Positions 24,089-37,679 of a stretch of DNA of 64,000 nucleotides are shown here, piece after piece. This stretch comes from Vicugna vicugna (taxonomy: Eukaryota): NCBI GenBank assembly GCA_013265495.1, contig MU058198.1, positions 4,042,419 through 4,106,418 on the forward strand, given 5' to 3'. Numbering within the stretch: the stretch's first letter is position 1; each line of letters starts with the position of its first letter. The position numbers and the translations under genes are program-made. Below the pieces are notes generated by a model. That model was not told where the DNA came from, searched no databases, and saw nothing but the letters and a program-made list of their open reading frames with translations.

Positions 24089-26432
24089 AAATCTTATCAG
24101 TCATTCTTGATTTTTGTTTGTTTTTTAAATGTTTCATTACAAAATACCACATGTACAGAAATAGAAGACACTCTGGAAAAAAATGAAGCAAACAAAACTT
24201 AAAATTTTCACATTGAGAAATGAAATATCACCAGCACCCTGCAAGCCTCCTGAATGACCCATTCCAATTCCTCTTAAACCTCCTGACAGATACCTTCCTG
24301 TGAGTTTCTGGATTTACTCTGCATTTACAGCACCCCCCGAACAATTCAAGCCGTAACCTACCTTCACATTCTTTCCTGTCCCCTGCTCCAATGTTGAAAT
24401 CTTACAAAAACCTAGTTCTAGCTTTGAATTTTTTCTCATGATTTACATATCCACATTTATTTAGATATAATCATAAGGTTTACTGGTGTTTTCAGACATT
24501 CTGTTTCTTGTATCCATCCACCACCCCTTTCTCTGGAATTTGCCGAGTTGGAAGCTGGAGTGCTGTCAGTCCAAATGAGAATCCTGTTATTTTAGGAGCC
24601 AGTTCCCGGGCTTAGAAGGGACAGGGGTAAATGCACTGCCAGACCAGGTCATTTATGTTCTAGAGGCAAAGGTGTTCTGTCCTTCTGGGGTGCTAAGCGT
24701 TCTCTGGGGCACTGTGCCTTCGGCAGCCCGTGTTTGCTCTGAAGCATCCTACCTTGGAGAGCCACCCACGTGGCTGTGATGGGAAGAGGCCCCGGGGACC
24801 TTTGCTCTTCTTCCCCAACCTCGGTCCCTGTTGTTCTGGAAGCCCTGTTAAGAAAGAGCTCTGCTTCCCCAGCCCGACCAGCCTTCAAGGAAACTTCTCC
24901 AGGAAACTTACTTATTCCTTTGTTCAGAAAGTAGTCCTGGGGTCTTTCCTGGGAACTTTATCTGCCTGGAGCTGCCAGCTAGGGGGCGATGTCTGACCCA
25001 GCCTGGCCAAAGGCAGCCCTGTATTTAATTACCTTAACGACTGTCCAGGGGGACCTCTCTCTCTCTCTCTTCATATTTGTTTACTCTAATCCTGGATTTC
25101 TCCCCGGCTCCCTCAGAAAAGCTACTTTCCCTCAGGAGTGTTTAGTGTCAAGTTTCTCTACCTTGGTTTTTCCACTGATTGCAAACCTTCTGTGTTTTCT
25201 TTACCATTCTTTACCATTTCTGATTTACCAATCGGACTCTGTCTTGTTTTTTGTTAATCACAGACCCATATGCAAAATTTGCCAGACTGTTAAACATTTT
25301 GTATACAAATAATATTAAAATATAAATACTTTTGCACATGTAAATAATTTTGTATGTATAGATAATTACATATTTTTCTGTCATTTTTGTGGAATTTTGG
25401 AACATGGGGTAGATATTTGTGCTGAGAAAAGAAAATGGGGGGGGGGACTGGCATAAGATGGCATCTCATAGGGAACAGCCATATTTTTAGCATCTAAATT
25501 TGGGCCTTAGTGCCTGCAAGAGTGTACTTACAGTGACTTGTATTTTAACTAATGCTCAATTTGCTAAGGCTGTAAATCTAAAATCTTAATTTTCCCTAAG
25601 CCTTTAACACAGATCCCACTGCTGCATTTATAAGTCTAGCTATGTCGTATCTAAAGTTAATGACTAATTTTCATTTGTTCTTATGTCAATGCTAAATTAG
25701 CTTATAAATTTGACAGTAAGTTCTCCTGAATATTTAACATGATTTACAAACTTGATTTACCACATTCCCTTCGCTTTGGCATTTTTAACCACAATTACAG
25801 ATCTGATTCTCTTTGGCGCTTCAAACGTTTGACCAAGCAGACTTATAAATGGAACAAACAAAACTGTTAAGCACCTGAACACTCTTTACAAACCTAATAA
25901 ACCTGAAATTATTTACTAGCCCAGAGGTTTTTCAACATTTCAGTTTTAGTCTAAGTCCATCAAATTCCCTTAAATATTTTTAATTAAAGTCACAAATCTT
26001 CTTACAGCAATCAAACTCTCTTAACCCAACTTTCTGCCTCCTTCACCTGTTTGTACCCTGGCAACTGAAGGCAGCAGGAGGAAAAACTCTCACAATTAAC
26101 CTTATTGGTTTTGCCCTAGATTTACGTCCACAAATATCCAGTAAGCCCCTAGGACTGCCCTCTAATATTACATTTCCCTAATATATTTACTCTCCTGTTT
26201 TCCCAGGTAGCTTTTTTCTTTTTCTTTTTTATTTTTGGAAGAAGGAGAGGATTTATTTATTAGCCTTTTTTCACCTTTTGAAAATTATTATTTTTAATTA
26301 TGATAAAATACACGTACCATAAAATTTACCATCTTCACCATTTTTAAGTGTCCCAGAGGACTTTTCACAACTCATCTCTCCCTACTGTCAGTGGATGACC
26401 TCATTCACTATGGAATTATAAGCACTAGGAGT

Positions 26433-26608
26433 GGGGAGAAGGGTATATGGCTCAAGTAGTAGAGCACATGCTTAGTATGCACAAGGCCCTGGGTTCAATC
26501 CCCAGCACTGCCTTTGAAAATACATAAATAAACCAAATTATCCTCCCCCCCAAAAAAACTAAAAAAAATATAAATAAATGAAGTCACCTAGAAAATGTAA
26601 AGAAAAAA
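26433..26608 (+). mobile_element. tRNA-Ala-like SINE (Vic-1-like)
   Basis: 'gctcaagtagtagagcacatgcttagtatgcacaaggccctgggttcaatcccc'; degenerate TSD ataagcactag/ataagtattag. Confidence 0.9.
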
Positions 26609-26619
26609 ATAAGTATTAG

Positions 26620-28580
26620 AAATAATTTGAAAGGAACGATCTTTTTTCCTTCCCACTGCCGGATTTACCAGCCCACCTAGATCTATGCCTCTTTAATATG
26701 CTTCCCCATGTCTCACAGTGAAGGCGCTGTCCGCGCCAGTCTCCCCACCCAAGCCCCAGGTGCTGCCCTCCCACCTGCTGAAGGACTCTGTGCCCAGCAT
26801 CATCCCACCCTCTCCTCCTCGGCGACTTTCCCATCTACTCATCATTTCCATCAGCAAGCAAGAGTGCTGTCTTGAAAAACACAAAGTTATCTTTGGCTTT
26901 TCCTTTCCTTCTGGCTACTACCCCATTGTAGGAAAGTTTCTTTCAAAGAGCTGTCTACACTGCTTTCTCACTGCTTTACCTCATAGTCCCCATTCTGTCT
27001 TTAAGCTGCTCCAATACGGCCCCTACACTCCATGCTTTAGAGGACCCCACACTGGCCTCCATCCTGCTATGCCCATCCCCACGAGGGGAACGCAAGCCCT
27101 CAGACCTGCCCCCTCCCCAGACCTCACTTAGGATGCTCTGGACTCTGGAATTCCCTGTCTAAATGGTCTCAAACCAGCACCCAGGGCCTTTGAGGGAGTG
27201 GTTCCCCAGATCCAAGGCATGCAGTGTGTTCATCTCTATGCCTCAGAGACAGCCGTCTGCTAGGATGGAGGGTTAGGGAAGCGTGTGTAGGTGGAACTTG
27301 GATGTTCAGTCGGGGGAGAGGGAAGAAAAGGCGGGGGCAGGTCAGGGGACCAGTTCTCTCTGTGCCAGCTCATCTGGTAAGGAACTCAAGGAGTCGCAGA
27401 ATTCTAAATTTGAATCTCACCTCCCAATACATGATGACTATAATAATATTTTACTTAGAAATTTTTTCAGTTGATATCTCTTAAATATTTAGATGGATAA
27501 TGTGCAGACCTCCCCTTGTACTTTTGGCCCCACGACGGCCCCGTCCAATCAGATTTTGACAAGTCCCACGAAACCTCTCTAGTGAAGGTCGCTAATGACC
27601 TTCAACTTGCCAATTCAACAGCCACATCTCCGTCATTTTCAACCTCTCAGCAGCACTTGACACAATGAAAAACTTTGTCTCCTGAGTTCCATGACACCCC
27701 ACTCTTGGTCTGCCTCCTGCTCCCTCTCAGTCCCTTTGTTTGTTCCTCCTCCTCTTCTCACCCTAAATATCTGAACGCCCCAGGATTCAGGCCTCGGACC
27801 TCAGCATCACTCCACTTAAATCCTTTCCTTTGTTATCTGAGGTCTCATGTCTGTAAACACCATCTACAGGCTGATAACACACTTCTGATTTCCCACATCC
27901 AGCTGCCTGCTTACATCACTGCCATCCGGGTATCAAATAAGCACCTCAGATTTTATAGGTCCAAACCAGAATCCTTGATTTCCCCCTAACAGACCTGTTG
28001 CTCCCCCCACCCCACCTCCAATATCTTTCCACCATCCACCCAGACGTTTAGTCCAAAGCACTAGACATTCTCCCTGAGTTCTCACTGCCTCACCTCCCAC
28101 GCCCGATCAACCCACAGGTATGGTCTTTGGTCCTACCTCCGCAACATACCTTCAAGCTACTCCACGTCTCTCCAGTTACAGTGCTGCCGTCCTCTTCCCA
28201 GCCAGTATCGCCTTCCACCTGGACTCTTCTTGGAGCTTTATGGTTTTAGGTCTTATATTTAGGTCTTTAAACCATTTTGAGTTAATTTATGTACATGGTG
28301 TGAGGGAATGTTCTAATCTCATTGTTTCGCCTGTGACTGTCCAGTTTTCCCAGCACCAGTTCCTGAAGAGACGGTCTTCTCTCCATTGTATATTCTTGCC
28401 TTCGTTGTCATAGATTAATCGACCATAAGTGTGCCAATCATTTTTAAAATATTGTTAGTTGTGTATTTGTTCTCTGAGTAGAACTTAAGCTCCATTAAGG
28501 CAGGGACTCATCCGTCTTTCTCATCGCTATATGCCCAGTGCTTAGAATAGTGTGAAAATTCAATAATAAAATTTCATTAT
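26620..28580 (+). mobile_element. Fragmented L2 with an inserted L1 ORF2 piece (about 28230-28435, minus)
   Basis: L2 text 'aaggtcgctaatgacctt', 'cagcagcacttgacaca', 'aagctccattaaggcagggac'; L1 text 'cagttttcccagcaccagttcctgaagagac'. Confidence 0.65.
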
Positions 28581-30947
28581 TCAGCATTAGTTATCAAAAT
28601 TCTTTCAAGTGTTTTACATACCTTAAATAATACACAAACCCCCACAAATTATCACAAGGACCGTGAACATTTTCTGCTGAACCTAAAGGTTCATGTTGGA
28701 CCTTCTTTTCCATCATCTCTGTTCTTGTTTTTACACTTTCCCACGTCTTGTCAAGTCACTTCTCTAAAAGAGCAGATTATCATCCCAGGGAAACTGAGGT
28801 TATAAATTCAGGAACCTCAGACGGAGATTACAAACAGCAACAAGAGAAGCAGAATATGCTCTCCAGGGTAGGGCAGGACGAGCCCCACTTCTACCACGTT
28901 GACTGTTTCTTGTAGTTACGCTGTACCCGGTCTGTTTATGGTGGGAATCCAGCCTGTCTCTTCCACCCAGAATTTAATAGTACATTCACTACCTAAGCGT
29001 CATTTATTCTGCACATTTAGCCAATTTAAAACAATCTTATTCTCCATATGACTGTTTTCTTTTTTAATTTGTAAAGCTGGAATTCTGCAACTTTCACCTA
29101 GATTCTTAATTACTTGTACTTTGTGGGATCCGGTGCCTCCCTCATGTCATACTTCCCCAGTTGTCTCATCATTCATCTTGTTCCATAGACGTTCCATTTG
29201 CTGGGTTTTAGGGGAAAACTATTGTTCTGCGGGTGTTTATTTTATAAACTTTAAGGACTCTCTTCTTCTATCTGATCGTTTTTGTATGACTCTCCAAGGT
29301 TTCAGGCAAGATCGTTTTGGTTTCATTTCCAAGAGCTATATACCTTGTTTTGTCTCCATGGTTTTATGTTTGTTTTTGCTTGAACCTCCAGGAAAACGTC
29401 AAATGACAGTGGTAGCTCACATCCTGGTTTAGTTTCTGACTTTAAAGAGACAGCTCTGGTGTTTTATTAAGTATGATGTTGACTGTTGATCTGAGATTCT
29501 TTGATCATCCATCCCTTAATTCATTACATATTTATTGGTCCCCATCCAAGTGTATTGGATTTGGCAATATGTAGGGCACCGAGCGCCTTGGGGAGCACAG
29601 TTTCCATGGCATGGTGCCAGCGTGAGCCAGATTGCAGTGGTTTGCAGGGAGGCACATGATGGAAACCTTCTTCTATAACACATGCAAAGGGTTTTCATCA
29701 GGAATGGACGCTGAATTCTTTTTTAAATGCTCTTTCAGCATTTATTAGTTAAATGGTGAGTTTTTTTGTTTATTTGACCTATTGGGATGATTTAACGTAT
29801 TAATACATTTTCATTCATTCATTCAGGAAATATTTGAGTGCTTACTCAAAGCCATGCATTTTTCTATTATTGTGATATTAAATTTGTGATTTTTTTCATA
29901 AAATATTGTAGGCCCTTGTGATTTCTTTAATAGCAATTTGTAAATATTCGATGGTTTTTTACAATACTAGGATAAATTCTACTTAACTGTGGTGTGTTAT
30001 TCTTTAAATTTTAATTACTAAATCAATAGATCTTATTATTAATAACTCAAAAGATGAAAAAGCTTATAAAGCCAGAAAGTTCACATCTAATTTCCCCATA
30101 TCCCCAGGGATAGGAATTTCTGGACCTTTTTCTTTTTCAGTTTTAATAAACCTTTGAAAATCATTGGCAAGCATTTTATATAGGATTTTTGCGTCTATTC
30201 ATGCTTGTGGTACAGATGTCACAGGAGAGTCACACCTGGTTCCACATCAGGCTGGCGTCTCCTGCTAAATAACGCTTTGTTGCATTTCTCACCCATCTGT
30301 TCTCTCTGTGTGACAAGGCAACACCCCCAACCACCCCCCTCCCTCTCTGGGCCTGCTGGGCACCATGCAGAAGTAGCTGAGGTTCATGTGTTCAAAAGGT
30401 GTCTATTGAGTGCTTATCTGACTCCACAGAACTCACTTTCTAGGCGAGAGGCAAATAATACACAAAATAAATAAAATGTATGGTGTGTTAGGTGGTGATA
30501 AGAGGTATGGAGAAAGAGCAGGGAAGGGGGACCGGAAATGTTACTGGGAGAGAGGGAACCATCATTACGGTGGGAAGGAAGGTCCCAGGTGGAGAAGTCG
30601 AAAGTGTTGCTGAAAGAACTCAGATGGCAATGAGAGTGAATGAGCCGCACCCACTTAGGGCGAGGTCCGTGAATCCTGCGAATACCACGTGGAGCAAGAG
30701 AAGTGAGGCAGCGGGAGTGCGTCCTGCGTGGTTCCATTTATGCAGAGCACAGAAGCAGAAACAGTGATCTAGGACATTAAGTCAGGAGGGCAGTTACTGT
30801 GGAGGAGAAGGAGCGTCTAGAAGGAGACACGGTGTGAATTCTGGCAATGTTCTGTTCTTAATCCAGCTGTGTGTTCCGTCTGTGAAAACCCATCAAACTG
30901 AACCTTTGTGATGTGTGTATTTTTATATAAATATTACATGTCAGTAG

Positions 30948-30973
30948 TTCTTTCTTTCTTCCTTCCTTCCTTC

Positions 30974-31031
<58 letters not shown>

Positions 31032-31061
31032 ACCTTCCTTCCTTCCTTCCTTCCTTCCTTC

Positions 31062-31128
<67 letters not shown>

Positions 31129-31206
31129 TTTTCCTTCCTCCCTCCCTCCCTCCCTTCTTTCCTTCCTTCCTTCTGTTCTTTCTTTCTTTCTTTCTTTCTT
31201 TCTCTC
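30948..31206 (+). repeat. Compound (TTTC)n/(TTCC)n microsatellite, about 260 bp, almost pure pyrimidine
   Basis: Directly visible; explains the FFLS- and KKER-repeat ORFs. Confidence 0.97.
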
Positions 31207-31239
31207 GAAGAGCTTGTTGGTTATGATTGCCCATCCTCC

Positions 31240-31486
31240 TTTTTTTTAACTGAAGTACAGTCAGTTTACAATGTTGTGTTAATTTCTGGTGTACAGCATA
31301 GTGACTCAGTTATTTATATATATATTCCTTTTCATATTCTTTTTCATTAGAGGCTATTACAAGGTATTGAATATAGTTTCCTGTGCTCCACAGTAGGTCC
31401 TTGCTGTTTATCTATTTTACATATAGTAGTTAGTATCTGCACATCCCTAACTCTCAACTTATTCCTTCACCAACTGTTCCCCCCTA
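31240..31486 (-). mobile_element. L1 3'UTR fragment
   Basis: 'actgaagtacagtcagtttacaatgttgtgtt', 'aaggtattgaatatagtttcctgtgc'. Confidence 0.88.
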
Positions 31487-32221
31487 TTTTTTTTTTAATT
31501 CAAAATTAGCTGTCTCATTGGTAGACACAACCACCAGAGGGACCCTCCCTGAAATCTGCTGCCTTATCTTTCTCCCATTAAAGGTCACATTAAAGGGAGT
31601 CACTACGTGTGTGTGTGTTTGAATGAATACATGAGTCAGTAAGCAAATGCACCTGTGTCACCTCTGACTGGCTTTGTGTCCAGCCTCCCTTAAACTAATC
31701 ACCATGGGAAAACTGCAGCAATAGCTATTTTTACCGTCACTCTTGTATTTAAAAAAAAATCTTTTCTGTATCCCTTCTGCTTATATGAGAATAATAAGGT
31801 CATTCAGCAGACATTCAAACAATTTTAGGATTGAGAGTCAGGAGATCAAGGAAAATGAGGCCAAATATTTGTCCACTGGACTTGGTGACATGTAGGTTCT
31901 TGATGGCGTTGGTGGAAGCAGTTTTACTCACGTGGGTGCAACAGATGCCAGAACGCAGGGCTTCAAGGAGAAATGGGACGTGAGCAACTAGAGTGCATGT
32001 TGACAAGTTTTCCAGCACTTTGAAAGTTAAGAGAGTATTATGTGGGAGTGTTTATCACAAAGGACGAGAAAAACTAGAGCATGATGACTTGCTAAATCGA
32101 GACATCAGTGGACAGGAATACTTTTATTTACTTCTGCACTCAATCTATTAGTCATTCGTGTCCTAAGTACCTCCTGTGCAGGGTCTTCAAAGGTATATCC
32201 TAGTTACTCCTCAAGTCTCCC

Positions 32222-32352
32222 TTTCTTTTTCAATTTTGGGGGGAGGTGAGAAGGTTTATTTATTTATTTACTCTTAGAGGAGGTACTGGGGATTGAACCC
32301 AGGACCTCACGCATGCTAAGTACGCGCTCTACCATTTGAGCTGTACCCTCTC
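32222..32352 (-). mobile_element. tRNA-Ala-like SINE (Vic-1-like)
   Basis: 'gaggtactggggattgaacccaggacctcacgcatgctaagtacgcgctctacc'. Confidence 0.92.
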
Positions 32353-32561
32353 TCTCTTGTACAGGTTCTTAAAGCTGACAAAGAGCAGAGAATTACACAA
32401 CTACACACAGTCTCTACCCTCATGCAGCTTACAGTCTATTAGGGAAGAGAGACGTTGAAGACATAGGTGACAGAAAGAACGATGCTGGCAGGGGAGTGGT
32501 GTGGGCAGGTGTTAAATCAAAGTACAAGGGGGAGAATTAACATGGGCAAGAGGGATCTCTT

Positions 32562-32922
32562 CTTTTTTTTACTGAAGTATAGTTGATTTACAATGTTGCA
32601 GGTGTACAGCAAAGTCATTCAGTTATGCGTACATATTATTTATTTATTTGTTTATTTTTATTTTTGGGGGGGGTGGGGGGAGGTAATTAGGTTTTATTTA
32701 TTTAGTTTTTAATGGAGGTGCTGGGGATTGAACCCAGGACCTTGTGCATGCTAAGCACTTGTTCTACCGCTGAGCTATACCCTCCCCCCCATATGTATCT
32801 ATTCTTTTTCAGATTCTTTTCCGTTATAGGTTATTACAAGCTATTGGATACAGTTCCCTGTGTTACACACTAGGACCTTGCTGTTTGTCTGTTTTATACA
32901 TAGTAGCGTGTATCTGCTAATC
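32562..32922 (-). mobile_element. L1 3'UTR fragment hosting a SINE
   Basis: 'actgaagtatagttgatttacaatg' ... 'attctttttcagattcttttccgttataggttattacaag'. Confidence 0.88.
32637..32790 (-). mobile_element. tRNA-Ala-like SINE (Vic-1-like)
   Basis: 'gaggtgctggggattgaacccaggaccttgtgcatgctaagc..ctgagctataccctccccc'. Confidence 0.93.
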
Positions 32923-33782
32923 AAGAGGGACCTCTCCTCACAGTGAGACAGCAGTGACATCCCTTTCTTACAAAGGGATAAAAGTGAAAGATAGACACAA
33001 ATGCTGATAAGAAAAATGGCTGGCACAGCAGAGTGGTGCACTCCTCTTAGGCAGGAGTGTGGAAAAATATACGAGGTAAGGTGAAGCCAGGTAAAGGATT
33101 GGGGTGCTTCAATCTTTCCTTTTCCAGCACTTGGATGCTGGGTGAGACCTTAAAGAGACCTAGATCAGCAGCTATCAATCTTGGTTCACAAACCAAGCAG
33201 TTGTCAAGGGTGACTCACAAAACCTGTAAACAAGACTGTGTAGAATTCTGCAGAGTCACATCTGACATGAGGATCAGCAAGCCAGCAGAGGCGGTGAAAA
33301 CTGCACCAAATTTTCCAGTGAAAAGCTTGAAGGAAGAGGCCATACTGGAGATTAGCTGTTTTGGGGCATGTCTTCTTCCCCAAAAAGCATAGGTATAGAT
33401 TTTCATTTCTTTAACTGAACACGAGCTAATGTCATTGGTTTGCATGTAGGGGCCTTATATAAAAAATGATATATGTAGATCTCAGCTTAATGAGACCTTG
33501 ACAGGATGGGAGGTTTGCAAAGACTGAGATCAACGGAGAAGCCAGCAGGTCCCTATTTCCCACCTCACACTCATTCTTCACTAAGTGATGAGTTTTTCTT
33601 TCCTGTGTTCTCTGTCTCCCTCCCTCTCTCTGTCTTTTTATTCTGAAGGTGGGTAATTAAACCCTCACTAAGTGTAACCTGATTACAGTCAAAATACCAA
33701 GCTTACAGATTATTCATTTTTAAAAAATATTAATTAAAACATATTGAAATTTTCTGCCATTTCCCTGCATTCTGATAGGCTT

Positions 33783-33979
33783 TTAAAAATTTCTTCTTGT
33801 TTATTTTTATTTTTTTATTGAAGTACTGCTGATTTACAATGTTTCAAGTGTACAGGAAAGTGATTCTGTTATACATACATATATATACATATGTATTCTT
33901 TTTCAGATTCTTTTCCATCATAAGTTATTACAAGATGTTGAGTATAGTTCCCTGTGCTATACAGTGGGTGCTTGTTGTT
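33783..33979 (-). mobile_element. L1 3'UTR fragment
   Basis: 'ttgaagtactgctgatttacaatg'; flanked by tctgataggctt / tctaataggctt. Confidence 0.88.
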
Positions 33980-33991
33980 TCTAATAGGCTT

Positions 33992-34144
33992 TCTTTTTTT
34001 GTTGTTTTTTTGTTTGGTTGGTTTTGGTTGGGGGAGATAATTAGGTTTATTTATTTATTCTTAGAGGAGGTACTGGGGATTGAACCCAGGACCTCATGCA
34101 CACTAAGCATGCGCTCTACCGCTTGAGCTACATACCCTCCCCCC
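33992..34144 (-). mobile_element. tRNA-Ala-like SINE (Vic-1-like)
   Basis: SINE head in reverse; perfect TSD tctaataggctt at 33980-33991 and 34145-34156. Confidence 0.94.
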
Positions 34145-34291
34145 TCTAATAGGCTTCCCTGAGTGAAGAAAAGGGGAATTTAACACCCAGAAGTTGCATA
34201 TGGGAGTGTATCTCGCTGGTAATGATATATCACTAGCTGTATTCGGGAGGGAGAAAAATTAAAAGTAGAGAATCACTAATACAATGCAACC

Positions 34292-34405
34292 CCTTCATTT
34301 CTCAGGTGTGAACACTGAGGCCCAGAGAGGTGATGTGATTTGCCCCAAGTCATGCAACTAGTGGCAGAGCCAGGCCTAGAAGCCAGGTGTCCTGGCTCCC
34401 AAGAC
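34292..34405 (-). mobile_element. MIR SINE
   Basis: 'actgaggcccagagaggtgatgtgatttgccccaagtcatgcaactagtggcagagccagg'. Confidence 0.85.
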
Positions 34406-37400
34406 ATTCCGCTGCCCGAGGAATGGAACAGGTAGTATCCTCGCACTGGGGGCCGTGGGTCAGTCCATCCAGCCCAGAGCTGCCTGGGGTTCCGACTAAG
34501 GCTCAGCTCAAAATTCTGACCATGCAATGACTCAGGGATGAAATCAAAACTGGGTTAAGAGAAAGGGGGTGAGGTTTGAAATGTAACCCCCATGACTCCA
34601 AGACAGAGGCCGATGGACCATGTTCCTACGGCAGCTGTCGCCTCTCGAGGTGGACCTAGCTGGGCCTAAATCATGTCCACCTTCAAACAGCTTACCAGCG
34701 TGGTAGCGAGTCACCTTCTGGCCATTCTGACACGCGTGCTTTCTCCAATGCAATTCACAGCGTTTAGAACATCAGTGGCCACTTGAAGAGGATGAATGGG
34801 GAGTCGGGGAGGGAGGGAGTCAGGAAGACCAGTTAGGAGGCTCACGTAGAGATGTAGGAGGAACATAATGAGGAAAGGCTGGCTGGTGGGGTCTGCCGGG
34901 TCAGTGTGGCATCACCTGGGTTAGTGGCTGGTAAAGCTAGTCAGCGGTGGGAGTGGAAAGGTAGACAAATCAAAATGGTGAGGCAAAGAAGTCCTGCTTT
35001 CATAGATTAAGGGACGTTCTTAAGACCAGTATTGATGAAAACAAAAACGACCTGTACTGCTATAAGTAAGATTTATCCTGTGTGCTCTATGTAAGCAGGG
35101 GGACTAGTCACTGCTGACGTGTGCTGACCCCTCTGTGGAGTCTGGCTCGTAGTTCCTTCTTCATTTATCGGTGGTTCTTGTTGAGCATCTATTGCATGCC
35201 AGGCTCCATTTTGGGTACTTGGAATTCGTCAACTGAACTAAGCAAATGAACATCTTGGCCCCTCATGGAGTTCAATCAGGGAAAGGTGGTTAGAGAAGCT
35301 GGTCTTTTGGGAAAACGACAGAAGAAAAAAACTAGGAGGGAAATCGCTAAATTGAAATGGTATTAAAGTTAAAGCCAGAAAGAAGTATATTAATAGGCTG
35401 AGTTTCACTGAGTCCCTCTGAGAACGATTTTTCTAGACAGAAAAAAAAAAACTGAGATAACAGAATGATTGTCTCAAAGGTGCTGCCCAAATCAGTGGCT
35501 GTGATTAGAACCGGACACCCAGGGATAAACTACAACACAGGAGGTGCCATGGGGAAGGGGTCTAGACCAAGGCCAGGCAAGGAGGCTCCAATTTGTAGAC
35601 AGAACTGTCAGTTTACATGGGTTGTCAGACTTTAAGAGACCAAGCAAATTTGTCCCAAGTTGTTTCAACATGGGGGTGTAGGGGGCAAACCGTGGGGAAC
35701 CTAGGAGCATCTGAGATCCAGGTAAGTCAGGCACGGGCGAGCACCAGTCAGTGAAGAGAAAGCAGGACTGCAGTCGCTGAGCTGAGACTCAAGGGACAGT
35801 CCCAGCCCCTGGGAGGAGTTAATGACATCCCAAGCAAGGCACTGAGACTGGGACTCAGGCCCAGGAGTGAAGGAGGGAGGCGCTATCAGAACCAGGGCAT
35901 AAGGTAGGGGCTTGGTCACAGGATCCCAGTTACAAGCTGGACCCTGAATCAAACCTGAAATAATAGCCAGAGGGACTGAGGAACCTTTAAATCTCTCCGG
36001 ATTAAGAATCCATCCCATTGATGGGAACCCCAGGACTTGGTCTATAAAGAAAGTAGGATGAGGGGACAGGAAAGGGGCACCACCTCCCTCCCCCACATGG
36101 AAGGAAGGAGGGGAGACCATGCTGTCATTCCTCTTGTCAGCAGGATCCCCACTAGCACCTCCATGGCTGCCATGGCATTAGGTGGTTGCAGAGAGTCCTT
36201 TTTCTTGAATTAACCCAGGTATTCACTCCAAAACTCAGAGACGATTTTCTGAGCAGGACTGTTGACTAGTGCAGGCATGGCGTCCTTATCTGCATCTTAC
36301 TTAATCTGTGTGTGGTTTCTTTCAGCCACCACCCCGACCCACCCATCATTCTTGCTCTCAGCTCATGCTCCACTGCACGATCCGTCCTGTTCCCATCTCC
36401 CTGGCTTCCACCCTCCTTGCTTATTCCCTGTTTGAAGGCTTCCTCATCCCTCCCACGGCTTGACACCATCTTTGCCTGACTTGACATCTTCCTCTGGCTA
36501 CACTTCTGTAGTGGACTTTCTGTTTGATTCTCCAGCGTTCATCCACCCCAACGCCATTCGTAGAAGGAGTATTGTTTGGGGAATTAAAAGGTCTAGTCCA
36601 CACTCTGCCACTGACACTGCACTGGATTTGGTTTCCAAACAATCCTGTCTCTGCACCACTTAGCCCAGAATCAAAGCCCCAAGAGTAAGCTAATTACTCC
36701 CAGGTTCATGGCTAACCCCTTGGATCTGGCTCCTTGGACTGCCGCAGTGGGAGTTGAGAGAGGAGGCAAGCGCCTTAAATTACTCTCTTGTCAGACCTAA
36801 TCACAGTGGGTAATTCTCCTGGAAGGAGATCTGGCACTAATCAGAAGGGAAGGATTCTAGATCAGTATTTTCCAATAGAAGAATAATGCAAGCCGCATAC
36901 GTGACTCAAAATCTTCTAGTACCATGTTGGAATTACTATTAATATTTTATTTAACCAATATTTCCAAAATATCATTGTGTCAACCTGTAATCAATATTTA
37001 AAAAATGATTAGTGAATTGTCTTCCTTTCTGTTGTTTTAGGTCATGGAAATCCAGGGTGTATTTTACTCTCATAACACAGCTCATCCAGATGCTACATTT
37101 TCATGGGAAACATATAATCTGTATTTATATATATAGCTGAAAACATAGAACCACGTTCCCAAGTTGCTTCATTTCTGCTTAAAAGTTTTCCAATTACTGA
37201 ATCAAGTACCAAAAAAAAAATCATTTGCCTTTAATATTCACTTCCACATGGACAAAACAAATTCATCTTTATTAGAACTGTCTGAAGCCAAAGGTATTAG
37301 TTTCAGAATGGTGTTTGTTAAGTTGCCTTAATACATGGTTTCCTTGTGTCAACTCCGTTTTAGCCACATGGAAGGTAAGGGAGTGTTGTACAAACTGGAA

Positions 37401-37679
37401 AAGGACTCTAGCTTTATCAGTACCAATAAAAATTTCTCTTCAAGTTTCTTCCAATTCTTCTTGCAGGTTTTGCCAATAATTTATATAATGTTGGTTATGA
37501 AAATTTGAAATATTTTTACATTGATTCATATTATTAAAATCTGTAGAAATTATTGATTTGCATTATATATAGGTTTAATTTCAGTGTAAATCCTTGTATT
37601 TTTTTTTACAGTAGTCTTTTTAAAATTTTTCTAAGCTGTTACATTTTACATTGCTTTTATGTGTTTTTTGATTTATTTT

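Noticed and set aside
30908..31249. FFLS-repeat and KKER-repeat ORFs
   Set aside because: Translation of the TTTC/TTCC microsatellite.
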